Below the pieces are notes generated by a model. It had not been told where the DNA came from, did no database searches, and saw nothing but the letters and a program-made list of their open reading frames with translations. The translations under genes and the position numbers were made by a program. DNA of 64,000 nt from Escherichia phage PJNS034. The stretch lies in sequence record PP391266.1. One strand, 5' to 3'. Below are positions 8,464 through 17,235 of this stretch, one piece after another; position 1 is the first letter of the stretch; the number at the start of each line of letters is the position of its first letter.

Positions 8464-8772
8464 ATGAACATGATTTACTCTAACGCACATTACGCAATCT
8501 ACTTCGTACCGAACGGTACTCCTGAGAAAGAACACGACTTTACCAAGCAGTTCACCATCGTGAATATGCACCTCGGTACTGTCGAAGCTCAGGTTGGTTC
8601 TTTCCCACATGCTGTACAGTATTGCGATGTGTTTGCTGCTGATTGGGAAGCACTGGTAATGAATGCAAAAGGCCAGTTCAATCCTGAGATTCAGGGCAAC
8701 GATAATGGTGCTGATAAAGCCGAAGCAAAAGCTGGTCTGAAACTGGCAACTGTGGATGGTGAAAACGTATAA
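8464..8772 (+). CDS. hypothetical protein (102 aa)
   Basis: ORF-track ORF; stop overlaps start of exonuclease gene. Confidence 0.3.
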   Translation: MNMIYSNAHYAIYFVPNGTPEKEHDFTKQFTIVNMHLGTVEAQVGSFPHAVQYCDVFAADWEALVMNAKGQFNPEIQGNDNGADKAEAKAGLKLATVDGENV

Positions 8773-9797
8773 TGAGCAAAATCCCCGTATGTAAGACAAC
8801 ACGACCTACGGTGGATTTAGCACTCATTGACGCAGACGTACTGCGTTACGAATTAGGGGCTGTGCAACTAGACCATCCTTATATCAAGGGTGAGAAGGTT
8901 CCAGCCCCTTCCTCGTTTGTTGAGGGCTTAGTTCAAGACCGTATTGAAACTATTCTGGACAGAACTGGTGCGAAAGACTTCTTATTGTTCCTCACAGGGC
9001 CGGGAAACTTCCGGTTTGATATTGCCAAACAGCAACCATATAAAGGCAACCGAGAAGATTTTGAAAAGCCTTTCCATTGGAAGACTGTTGACCGTTACCT
9101 CCGAACCGTTTATCCCTCCAAAATCCGTGAAGCATTCGGTAACGAGGCAGATGATGAATTGGGCATTACTCAATTACGTTCTGTCCTCGCAGGGGATAAG
9201 GATAACACCTGCATCGCTTCTCGTGACAAAGACCTGAGAACAGTGGAAGGATGGCATTACTCTTGGGCATGTGGTGAAGACCAGCCTGAGAAACCACTAC
9301 GTTACATCACTCAGCTTGAAGGTTATCGCTTCTTCTTCCAACAGATGCTTACTGGTGATAACACTGATAACATCATTGGTTGTGGTAAAAAGAAAGAAGT
9401 GATGTGGGGTGGTAAGCTCATGATGCGGCGTAAAGGCGTGGGCAAGAAAACTGCTGAGAAGTTACTTGCAGAGCTTGAGAACCAACAACAAATGTACGAT
9501 GTTGTTCGTGAACAGTATGTCGAAGTGTTTGAGGATGAAGCTGATACAGTGATGCTCGAACAAGCTCGGTTATTGTTTATTGGACAGACTGAGAAACAAC
9601 AATTTAAATGGCACTGGATTGAGGTGGTTGAATATGGAATTGGCTCCGAAGAAAGCGAAGTTGTGGAAGGAAAAGAACCTGAAGGGACGTTGGATGTTCC
9701 TGAGGAAAATCGACGGAGTGAGAGCACTTCGGAACCTAGACCCAACGATTCCAGCGAAGTATGTGAGCCGGAATGCGAAACCTCTGTACAATCTTGA
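8772..9797 (+). CDS. 5'-3' exonuclease (T7 gp6-like, FEN/RNase H-like)
   Basis: Segments ASRDKDLRTV and GDNTDNIIGCGKK match the CDKDF and GDITDGYSGIAGWG regions of T7 gene 6 exonuclease as recalled; last ~55 codons are low-complexity and overlap the ligase ORF. Confidence 0.7.
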   Translation: MSKIPVCKTTRPTVDLALIDADVLRYELGAVQLDHPYIKGEKVPAPSSFVEGLVQDRIETILDRTGAKDFLLFLTGPGNFRFDIAKQQPYKGNREDFEKPFHWKTVDRYLRTVYPSKIREAFGNEADDELGITQLRSVLAGDKDNTCIASRDKDLRTVEGWHYSWACGEDQPEKPLRYITQLEGYRFFFQQMLTGDNTDNIIGCGKKKEVMWGGKLMMRRKGVGKKTAEKLLAELENQQQMYDVVREQYVEVFEDEADTVMLEQARLLFIGQTEKQQFKWHWIEVVEYGIGSEESEVVEGKEPEGTLDVPEENRRSESTSEPRPNDSSEVCEPECETSVQS

Positions 9798-10332
9798 CCA
9801 CTTGGAGTTTGATGATGCTGAAATCTTTAATCAAAATTGGGAAACTTCCGTTTCAATGGTGCGTACTCATTGTGCGGCTCCTGTTCCTGCTGATTGCGTT
9901 TATCGTCTTGGTGATGGTCAGACCGATTCACGATTATACTTGTTCACGGTGCAAGACCCAACCGAAGAGTTCATTCGGAAGCATCTGGAAGAAGCTCTGG
10001 CGAAAGGTGATGAAGGCTTAATATTAAGGGAGGCCGATGTTGACGACCCGAAATGGCTCAAAGTCAAAAATAAAGAAACTCATGACGTGGTGGTTACGGG
10101 TTATCAGCCGGGCACCGGTAAGCATGAAGGACGGATGGGTGCTCTACTTACGACGAGAGGCAAAGTTGGTACAGGCTTCACAGACAGTGAACGAGACTAC
10201 TGGCAGCAACGCTGGGAAGAGGGTACTGTCGTAGGTGTTACGATTGAGGTGGAATGTATGGAGTTAACTTCCACTGGTAAATTCAGACACCCACGCTTTA
10301 TCCGTGAACGCCTTGATAAAGATGGCGAATAG
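9634..10332 (+). CDS. ATP-dependent DNA ligase (compact, T7 gp1.3-like)
   Basis: Adenylation motif I KIDGVR, EGLIL, WLKVK and C-terminal RHPRF-like motif; start placed at ATG 9634 (GAGG 10 nt upstream) rather than the TTG at 9580 given by the ORF track. Confidence 0.7.
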   Translation: MELAPKKAKLWKEKNLKGRWMFLRKIDGVRALRNLDPTIPAKYVSRNAKPLYNLDHLEFDDAEIFNQNWETSVSMVRTHCAAPVPADCVYRLGDGQTDSRLYLFTVQDPTEEFIRKHLEEALAKGDEGLILREADVDDPKWLKVKNKETHDVVVTGYQPGTGKHEGRMGALLTTRGKVGTGFTDSERDYWQQRWEEGTVVGVTIEVECMELTSTGKFRHPRFIRERLDKDGE

Positions 10333-10345
10333 CAGTATATTAACT

Positions 10346-10371
10346 AAGGTCACTTCGGTGGCCTTTTCTTT
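10346..10371 (+). terminator. Rho-independent terminator after ligase
   Basis: Stem aggtcac/gtggcct with ttcg loop, followed by tttcttt. Confidence 0.55.
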
Positions 10372-10450
10372 CATCTAACTATAGGCAAAACAATGAAACA
10401 GGCTGTATTTGATTTCGCTTCTCGCATGGTCGATAAGCTGACTGCTGATT

Positions 10451-11092
10451 ATGACAAAGCAGAAACCTCTGACGTTGCAGAACGCATCATGTCAGAACTC
10501 AAAAACTACATCAAAATGCGTGATGATGCACAACGTTCTCTGGAGAAAGCTAATGCGTAAGGTTTATATTGCAGGTCATATGTTAACTCGTGGTGCTCAG
10601 ATGCAACGTGCTGAGGAACGTGAGCTGGTATCTTCTTTGGGTCATCAACTCTACAACCCAATGGACAACAAGGAAATTAACGACAAGAAGCTCCACAAGG
10701 ACGATACAGGGCTGGCTGAACGAATCGTTAAGCAAGACACCGACGCTATTTTCTGGGCTGATACAGTGCTGATTGAGCCGCTTGCTGAGGCAAATGGCAC
10801 TCTGGTTGAGTTAGGACAGATTAAAGGTATGAAAGACCTCGCCAAGAAGCTGATGGAGTTACCTGCAACAAATGAGATTGAGTTCGCTGACCAAGCAATT
10901 GAATTGCTCAAACGAATCCTAGACCAGAAGGTTGTTGCTCACTTCGAAGATATCCGACGTGTCGAAGGTATCACCGAAACAGGCGACCGTCGCTCTCTTG
11001 GCATTAACCAGTATGTATATGGTACTGTCCTTGACCTGACAGATGGCAAAGGCTTCACTGAGTTTAAAGACTTGCCGGAGGCTCTTGCTTGA
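10451..11092 (+). CDS. nucleoside 2-deoxyribosyltransferase / Rcl(DNPH1)-like N-glycosidase family protein
   Basis: VYIAGHM near N-terminus and DTDAIFWADTVLIEPLAEANGTLVELGQ match the Rossmann-like core and Glu-containing active-site stretch of this family as recalled; true start probably the internal Met (codon 35). Confidence 0.55.
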   Translation: MTKQKPLTLQNASCQNSKTTSKCVMMHNVLWRKLMRKVYIAGHMLTRGAQMQRAEERELVSSLGHQLYNPMDNKEINDKKLHKDDTGLAERIVKQDTDAIFWADTVLIEPLAEANGTLVELGQIKGMKDLAKKLMELPATNEIEFADQAIELLKRILDQKVVAHFEDIRRVEGITETGDRRSLGINQYVYGTVLDLTDGKGFTEFKDLPEALA

Positions 11093-11751
11093 ACTGGAGA
11101 TTAATATGGTCAGTCTTTGCCGTGCTATCCATTCTGTTTGGGTGCGTTGTTTCAAAAGCAAGTTACGAAGTAATGGCGACGTCCCTAGTGGGCGTCATGT
11201 TCGTGATAGGGGTAGCCTTCAAGAAAGCAAGTGCGAATCTTTTGGGGGCTATACTGTGCGCTATGCTTGGGTTGATGAGCTGGCAAGCTGGATACTACAT
11301 GAACGCGATTATCAACATCTTCTTATTGCTACCACTCCAGTTATTAGCTTACGCCAATTGGACGACAGGGGTGTCGAAGCGAGAGCATCACAGGTACTTG
11401 GTGGAAACGGTCTGTCGCAAACGATTCTTGATTTACACATGTTGGCTAATTCCTCTCTTGGTAGCCGCATACTTCTCAGGCAGCCGTTTGTGGGTACACG
11501 ATGCTGTGACAGCCTCACTTGTGATTGTCGCAACACTTCTCCTCATGTTCAATACCAAAGAGCAATGGCAATTCTGGATTCCATACAATCTGGTAGAAGT
11601 CTTCATGTGGTTCATCGCAGCGAGTACAGCCCCTGAAATGCTTGCAATTATGTTCATGCGTATTGTATTCTTCATTAACAGTCTGATTGGCTATTACGAA
11701 TGGAGGAACGATGGCAATCCACGGACGCTACTTTCGACAGAAACCCGCTGA
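11089..11751 (+). CDS. PnuC-like nicotinamide riboside transporter (putative)
   Basis: 220-aa polytopic membrane protein; C-terminal LIGYYEWRN resembles the PnuC IYGWYEW signature; start overlaps stop of upstream Rcl-like gene. Confidence 0.45.
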   Translation: MNWRLIWSVFAVLSILFGCVVSKASYEVMATSLVGVMFVIGVAFKKASANLLGAILCAMLGLMSWQAGYYMNAIINIFLLLPLQLLAYANWTTGVSKREHHRYLVETVCRKRFLIYTCWLIPLLVAAYFSGSRLWVHDAVTASLVIVATLLLMFNTKEQWQFWIPYNLVEVFMWFIAASTAPEMLAIMFMRIVFFINSLIGYYEWRNDGNPRTLLSTETR

Positions 11752-12172
11752 GTTAAAAGGTACTGACTATGACTCACGTCTTGAGAAAAGGCTGCATGAG
11801 GCGCTTCCCGTCCTCAACCACCATCCAGCGAAAAGGCCGTATGTTCGACACCATACCTACGAGCCAGATTTCGAAGTACAAGGAAACAAGACATATCTTG
11901 TTGAAGCCAAAGGTTACTTCCAAGACCGTAACGAACTTGGCAAGTACCTCCCCATTGCGGAGTCTCTGGGCGATAGTGCTGAGTTGGTATTTGTGTTTGA
12001 GAATGCCGACAAACCAATCCACTTCCAAGCCAAACGTAAGGATGGAAGCAAAATGACACATCGTGAGTGGTGTGTTAAGAATGGATTTCAAGTCTTTGAC
12101 GAGGATGAGTTCCGAGTATGGATTCCAAGTGTTACTACTGTGACGGAATCGGGAGACACAGAGCTTTCGTAA
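11687..12172 (+). CDS. endonuclease I-like Holliday-junction resolvase (T7 gp3-like)
   Basis: HTYEPDFEVQGNKTYLVEAKGYF matches the T7 endonuclease I core HTYTPDFLLPNGIFVETKGLW (PD...E-x-K). Confidence 0.75.
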   Translation: MAITNGGTMAIHGRYFRQKPAELKGTDYDSRLEKRLHEALPVLNHHPAKRPYVRHHTYEPDFEVQGNKTYLVEAKGYFQDRNELGKYLPIAESLGDSAELVFVFENADKPIHFQAKRKDGSKMTHREWCVKNGFQVFDEDEFRVWIPSVTTVTESGDTELS

Positions 12173-12264
12173 TGAAAGTTCTTCTCTGCGAGAAATGTCA
12201 TGCCGCTGAATTAGCCAGTGTTCGTAAAGAGTACATGCCGATTCGCAAATACCGCCCCTATTGA
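12172..12264 (+). CDS. possible small protein (30 aa, CxxC-H)
   Basis: ATG overlapping the resolvase stop (TAATGA); read by eye, below ORF-track length cut-off. Confidence 0.2.
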   Translation: MKVLLCEKCHAAELASVRKEYMPIRKYRPY

Positions 12265-12271
12265 TACAACA

Positions 12272-12308
12272 AAGCCCCAAGGGATTTCTCCCAAGGGGCT
12301 TTTCTTTT
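12272..12308. terminator. bidirectional terminator between convergent gene blocks
   Basis: Palindromic agcccc-aaggga-tttc-tccc-aa-ggggct with T-runs on both strands, exactly where plus- and minus-strand gene blocks meet. Confidence 0.55.
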
Positions 12309-15300
12309 ACGCCATTCCTGCCACAGAACCACCGAGATTCATGTACTCTGCAAGGTTAGTGCCGTAAGCATCAGTTGCTCGTAAGTTACGAGACTGGAGA
12401 GCTTTCTTAACAGCACCATGACCAAGCAAGTGAGCAGAAGCTCGGATGCCTTCCATAGTTACCGGAACACCATCAATAGTCTGACCGATGTACTGGTCAA
12501 GACCCATGTTTTTGGTACGACGGTCTAACATCTTATTCCAATCTTCAAAAGCCTTTTCCTGTGCTTCTGGAGAGTTCAGGAACTCCTCTTTCGAGTTAAC
12601 CCCATACTTACCAGTCCAGTTAGACTTCTCGTTCAGAATAGATTTCTGACCACGACCAACACGACCTTGTGACTTGATAATACCTAAGTCAACAAGAGCA
12701 GGCCATCCAAATTGGTACTTACCGACATAACCGAGAGTGTTCTCGATATCGTACTTACCACCGGATTCACGCTGGCCTAACACGTCACCATATGCACTCA
12801 TCATACCTCCTGCATAAGCGCTACCAGCAAACATAGAAGTCAGACCAATTGCACTCAAACCTAATTTCTTAGCCAGTGCATTAGCTGATTTCTCGTTACG
12901 GGCATAACGAACGATAGTTTCTTTATCAGGGTCAACCATCGCATACTCATAGCCTTTATCAAAGGCTACCTCTGGTGAATCAACACCTTCTGCCAGTTCG
13001 TATGGGTTTACCACTTTGATTTCTGGGTCAGATTCCAGTGCTTTACCATCCAGAGCTTCTGCTGCGGTGTCTACAACTTGCTTAACCTGTTCGGTTGGCA
13101 TGTCTTGCATAGCATCGAGCATATTCTCTACTGGTGCTTCTGGAGTAGGAGTCGGTTCAGGTTGTGGTTCAGTTACCACTGGTTCTTCACGTACTGGAGC
13201 AGCAAAGTCTTCCTCAGCCATAACTACTGGCTTCTGTACTGGTTCATCCATCATCGCCTTAGCAATTGGGGATTCATCAGCACGTAAGGCTTGTTTGTAG
13301 TCTTCCAGACTGTTGTAAACCTTCGGAGCACGTTCTGGGTCATACAGGCCGTAAGCAGATGCGATTGCTCGCTGGTTAGCTGGCCCCATATAGTTGGTAG
13401 TCTCACCTTTCCCGAACACTGCTTTAATCTGGTTACGCATGTCCATAGTGTACAGGCCGTTAGCCCCATTCACCATTTTATCGTAGCCTTTAGAGCGACG
13501 GTATTCGATAGCACCAAGTACATCACCCATCGTCTTCGCCTGAGTCATTACGTCAGTAACAGATTCAGAAGCCTTACCTGCGTTGATTGCTTTCTTACCG
13601 AAGTTCTGAATTTGTTTCAGCATCGCATTGGATGCAGTAGCAATGTCAGCTTTCAGGGAATCAGCAATTGCAGCCACTTCTTCTGGAGTGTTACGGGCAA
13701 TGATTTCATCCAACGATGCACGAGTCTGTGCAGCCGTTTCTTCCAGTGACTTAACTTGCTCTTTCAGTGCCTTGATTGGAGCATCCAGTTGAGTTGCTTT
13801 CTTCTCAAGAATTTCCAGCTTACGTTCGTGTGCTTCTTTGCGTTTCTGCTCAGCAGCTTGTTCACGTTTCTGTTTGTCTTGGAGAGCCTTCTCTTCCTTC
13901 GCCTGTTTATCACGGAGAGCTTTGTCAGCAGCTTCTTGCTTATCGTGCATCTTCTGATATTCAGCAGCCAGTTTACGTTGTTCACGTTCCCAAGCCATAT
14001 CAGCTTTCTCACGAGCAGCTTCGTCTTTCGCTTGAGCTTTCGCTTCATCACGTTTAACACGAGCAGCATCTAACAGTTCTTTCTCACGGGCTTTGAAAGC
14101 AGCAATTTCCTCAGCATGTGAATCACGCTGTAAACGTTCTTCTGCACGTTGAGTTTCTTTCAGACGTTTCTGTTCAGCACTTGCTTGTTCTTTCTTCAGA
14201 CGGTCGCCACGTTGTAACAGCTTGTTAGCAGTTGCACGAAGTTCTTTCTGAGTCAGTGGAGCAGTAGAGCCGAAGGTCTGTGCTTCAACAACTTGTAATG
14301 CTTGTTCTTTCGGAATGCCAAGTGAATCAGCAAAGTCCATCAGGTTTTCATGCTGAGCATAAATCTGATTAACTGCATCATCTTCAGCTTTACGGGCTAC
14401 AGTCTCTTCTGGAGTCTCAGCACCTTTAGCCAGAGCATCACGCTCACGTTGCATTGCCTTAATCAGTGAAGCCTTCTCACTATTCGTAAGCTGACGCATA
14501 GAGCCAGTTACAGGGTCAATGTAAGGTGAAGTCAGGTCGTCCATTACGAACTGGTCAAGGCCGTACTTACTTGCCAAACCGGAAATATGTTCGTTCTGGG
14601 TTGTGATGTTTTTAGCTGCTTCATCACGGATACCTGCTTTAACTTCCTCTGCCTCTGTCTTAGCTTTCTCAGCCTGTGCATTACGAGCTTCCTCACGAGC
14701 ACGTTGAGCCAATTCAGTAATCTCACCAGCATCACGGATGTTAGCGATTTGGTCTTCCGGTACACCTGCACGACGAGCACGTTCTTCCAATGCTTGACGT
14801 TCAACTTGTGCTGCACGGTTACGAATGGTTTCAGTTTCACGAATAGCTGCACCCAATACTGCATCCAGACCACGAGGTGCTGGAGCATTTGGAGCAGGAG
14901 CCGCTGGAGTAGGTTCACCAGTTGCCAGTGCTTGCAGGTCAGATGGGTCACGAACTACAGGGGCAGGTTCTGGAACAACAGTAGGCTCTACAACCGTTGG
15001 TTCAGGAGTACGAGCGTATTCCATTGAAGCCAGAGATTGTAATGCTGCTTGTTCTTCTGCACGACTAATGAATCGAGCAGCCTGTTCAGAGTTAACTTCC
15101 GCAATCTGAGCATCAGACCAACCTTTGTTACGAAGCACTTCTGCCTGTACAGGAGAAACACCACCATCAGGTGCTGGCTGAGTCATTTCTGGAGTAACAA
15201 CTGGTTCAGGAGTTACAGTCTGTTCTGGAGCTACAGGTGGTACATCTGGAGTCGGCTCTGGAGCAACATCTGCTGGTGGCGGAGTTGGTTCTTCTGGAGC

Positions 15301-17139
15301 ACGAGCAGCCATAACACGGTTCTGAGCATCTGAGTCACGAGCGATTGCACGTAAGCCTTCGAAGTCCTGAGCCATACGAGCACGAGCTTTACCTTCACGA
15401 GAACGAGCGATGATACCCGGTAATTCAGTTGCACCGAAGGTTTTCAGAGCTACTACTGGCTTAGCCACTTTACCGATTGTCGCTGGTTGTGAAGCATAAT
15501 CTTCAATACCGTAACGATAAGCAGGGTCTTGGTTTGCCAACATCTTATCTTTGTAGATAAAGGATGCAGCATTCATTGCTGGGTTAAAACCTTTGTCACC
15601 AACAGTGAAACCATAGGTATCAAGTTGACGAGAGAGGTTTTCAGCACGTTGACCAATTGCATCGTAAATCAGTGAACGGTCAGAAGCGGTATCACGCATT
15701 GCTTTCACAATAGCGTTTGCATCGTTCATCATGTTACGCAGATTACGTTGCTGAGATATAGAAGCAGCAGGGTCAATCTCACCCATATCTTGACGCAGTT
15801 TCAGTTCCTGAATTGAATCATTCAACTGGTTAACTACATCTTCGAAAGCTGATACGTCTTGTGCTTGTGCTTTCTTACCATTACGACGGGCAGTAGCCAA
15901 TTCTTCTGGAGAGAACACGCGAGAACCGAAGTCCAAGTCACCAAGTGCTGATGCACCTGAAATCTTACGACGACGAGCAGCAGAGCGAATGTCACCTTCA
16001 GTCAGACCCATCATAGCTGCGGCAGAGCCGTAATCATCAGACAGTTCAGACAAGCCACGTTTCACACCAATGTCACGCATTGCTTCTGGAGAAATATCAA
16101 CACCAGCATCTTTCAAATCACCAAACGCTTTATAGAAAGCAGATGGGCCGATGTTTTCATTTACCTGAGCACGTTCCGTTACCAGTGCTTCACGCTGTTC
16201 TGGAGTAAGGTCTTTACCTACGAGGCTATTCAGTTCTTCATCACGGTGAAGGTTACGCATAGCTTCAACTTGGTCACGTTCAGTCAGGGCTGGATTACCA
16301 CCTGCTTCACGGATGTTACGGTCATTACGACCTGCAAAGCTACGAACTGCTGGAGCAATTTCCATTGGGGCACGAATACCACCAGAAACCAGACCACCAG
16401 TTACTGCATAATCCAACAGGTTTTGTGGGTCAACAGCAAGTTCCTGACGACGACCCATTTCGTATGCTGCACCAGAAGCGCCTGCACCGATTGCACCAGT
16501 TGCTACGGTTTCCGCCATTCGTCCAAGAGCAGTTTTACCGACAGTTGCAAAAGGCTTCCCATAGGGAATAAGCCCTAGAGCGGCTGCGGCAGTACCAGCA
16601 GTACGAGCGATATCCGTGTTACCAGCACCCTCTTGTTCAGCGTAGATAGAACCAGTGGTAGGGCCATATGAAGTAGCACCGAATGCTAAGTCACCAGCCA
16701 TTGTTGGTAAGCCAGATGCAGTTTGTTCTGCAACAAACGTACCCAAGTCACCTAAACCACGAATGTCACGCCAGTTTTCCACGGCATAACGTTGGTTCTT
16801 CTCACCATGCTCACGTAACTTACGGGCAAGTTCACGGTCATGATAAGACTGTTTAGTAACTTCACCTTCTTGCGTCTGACCAGCTTTCTGAGCCAAATCA
16901 GCCTGACGTGCTGCTGCTGCACCAAACAAACCTGATGCCAGTTCAGTACGTCCACGAGTAAACGCATTAGAGATGTTACCGAAGAATCCACGGTCTTCTG
17001 TTGGAGCTTCTTGTACAGGCAGGGGAGCCTGAGAGATGTTTTGTTCCTGAGCCATTGGGACATTGCCCGTAGGTTGTGGAGAGCCACCGCTTCCACTTTC
17101 CAATTGACGCAGTAATTCTGGGTCTGTAATTGGAGTCAT
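12307..17139 (-). CDS. large virion protein (1610 aa) with C-terminal lytic transglycosylase-like domain; internal ejection protein or tape-measure-like
   Basis: Gly/Ala-rich N-terminal third, Pro-rich linker (PEPTPDVPPVAPEQTVTPEP), long K/E/A coiled-coil, C-terminal QRESGGKY...GKYQFG resembling an SLT catalytic Glu-Ser segment. Confidence 0.55.
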   Translation of the reverse strand: MTPITDPELLRQLESGSGGSPQPTGNVPMAQEQNISQAPLPVQEAPTEDRGFFGNISNAFTRGRTELASGLFGAAAARQADLAQKAGQTQEGEVTKQSYHDRELARKLREHGEKNQRYAVENWRDIRGLGDLGTFVAEQTASGLPTMAGDLAFGATSYGPTTGSIYAEQEGAGNTDIARTAGTAAAALGLIPYGKPFATVGKTALGRMAETVATGAIGAGASGAAYEMGRRQELAVDPQNLLDYAVTGGLVSGGIRAPMEIAPAVRSFAGRNDRNIREAGGNPALTERDQVEAMRNLHRDEELNSLVGKDLTPEQREALVTERAQVNENIGPSAFYKAFGDLKDAGVDISPEAMRDIGVKRGLSELSDDYGSAAAMMGLTEGDIRSAARRRKISGASALGDLDFGSRVFSPEELATARRNGKKAQAQDVSAFEDVVNQLNDSIQELKLRQDMGEIDPAASISQQRNLRNMMNDANAIVKAMRDTASDRSLIYDAIGQRAENLSRQLDTYGFTVGDKGFNPAMNAASFIYKDKMLANQDPAYRYGIEDYASQPATIGKVAKPVVALKTFGATELPGIIARSREGKARARMAQDFEGLRAIARDSDAQNRVMAARAPEEPTPPPADVAPEPTPDVPPVAPEQTVTPEPVVTPEMTQPAPDGGVSPVQAEVLRNKGWSDAQIAEVNSEQAARFISRAEEQAALQSLASMEYARTPEPTVVEPTVVPEPAPVVRDPSDLQALATGEPTPAAPAPNAPAPRGLDAVLGAAIRETETIRNRAAQVERQALEERARRAGVPEDQIANIRDAGEITELAQRAREEARNAQAEKAKTEAEEVKAGIRDEAAKNITTQNEHISGLASKYGLDQFVMDDLTSPYIDPVTGSMRQLTNSEKASLIKAMQRERDALAKGAETPEETVARKAEDDAVNQIYAQHENLMDFADSLGIPKEQALQVVEAQTFGSTAPLTQKELRATANKLLQRGDRLKKEQASAEQKRLKETQRAEERLQRDSHAEEIAAFKAREKELLDAARVKRDEAKAQAKDEAAREKADMAWEREQRKLAAEYQKMHDKQEAADKALRDKQAKEEKALQDKQKREQAAEQKRKEAHERKLEILEKKATQLDAPIKALKEQVKSLEETAAQTRASLDEIIARNTPEEVAAIADSLKADIATASNAMLKQIQNFGKKAINAGKASESVTDVMTQAKTMGDVLGAIEYRRSKGYDKMVNGANGLYTMDMRNQIKAVFGKGETTNYMGPANQRAIASAYGLYDPERAPKVYNSLEDYKQALRADESPIAKAMMDEPVQKPVVMAEEDFAAPVREEPVVTEPQPEPTPTPEAPVENMLDAMQDMPTEQVKQVVDTAAEALDGKALESDPEIKVVNPYELAEGVDSPEVAFDKGYEYAMVDPDKETIVRYARNEKSANALAKKLGLSAIGLTSMFAGSAYAGGMMSAYGDVLGQRESGGKYDIENTLGYVGKYQFGWPALVDLGIIKSQGRVGRGQKSILNEKSNWTGKYGVNSKEEFLNSPEAQEKAFEDWNKMLDRRTKNMGLDQYIGQTIDGVPVTMEGIRASAHLLGHGAVKKALQSRNLRATDAYGTNLAEYMNLGGSVAGMA

Positions 17140-17200
17140 TTAAAGTCCTCACTCGTTAGGTCGTTTTAGAGAGTTTATTGGGTAATTATACACCGTACTC

Positions 17201-17229
17201 TACAAATAAGAAAGCCCTCCGAAGAGGGC
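17201..17229 (-). terminator. Rho-independent terminator (minus strand) after 17236..18729
   Basis: Stem gccctc/gagggc, UUCG loop on the minus-sense RNA, followed by U-rich tract. Confidence 0.5.
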
Positions 17230-17235
17230 AGTATA

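Noticed and set aside
13016-16578. Several plus-strand ORFs (e.g. 13291..13749, 14587..15027, 16246..16578)
   Set aside because: All sit antisense inside the 1610-aa minus-strand gene and have low-complexity, Cys/Ser/Phe-rich translations; treated as shadow ORFs.
12307-17139. Calling the 1610-aa protein a classical tail tape measure protein
   Set aside because: No major tail protein or tail-chaperone frameshift pair is evident upstream and tail fibre genes intervene; kept as an alternative, not as the call.
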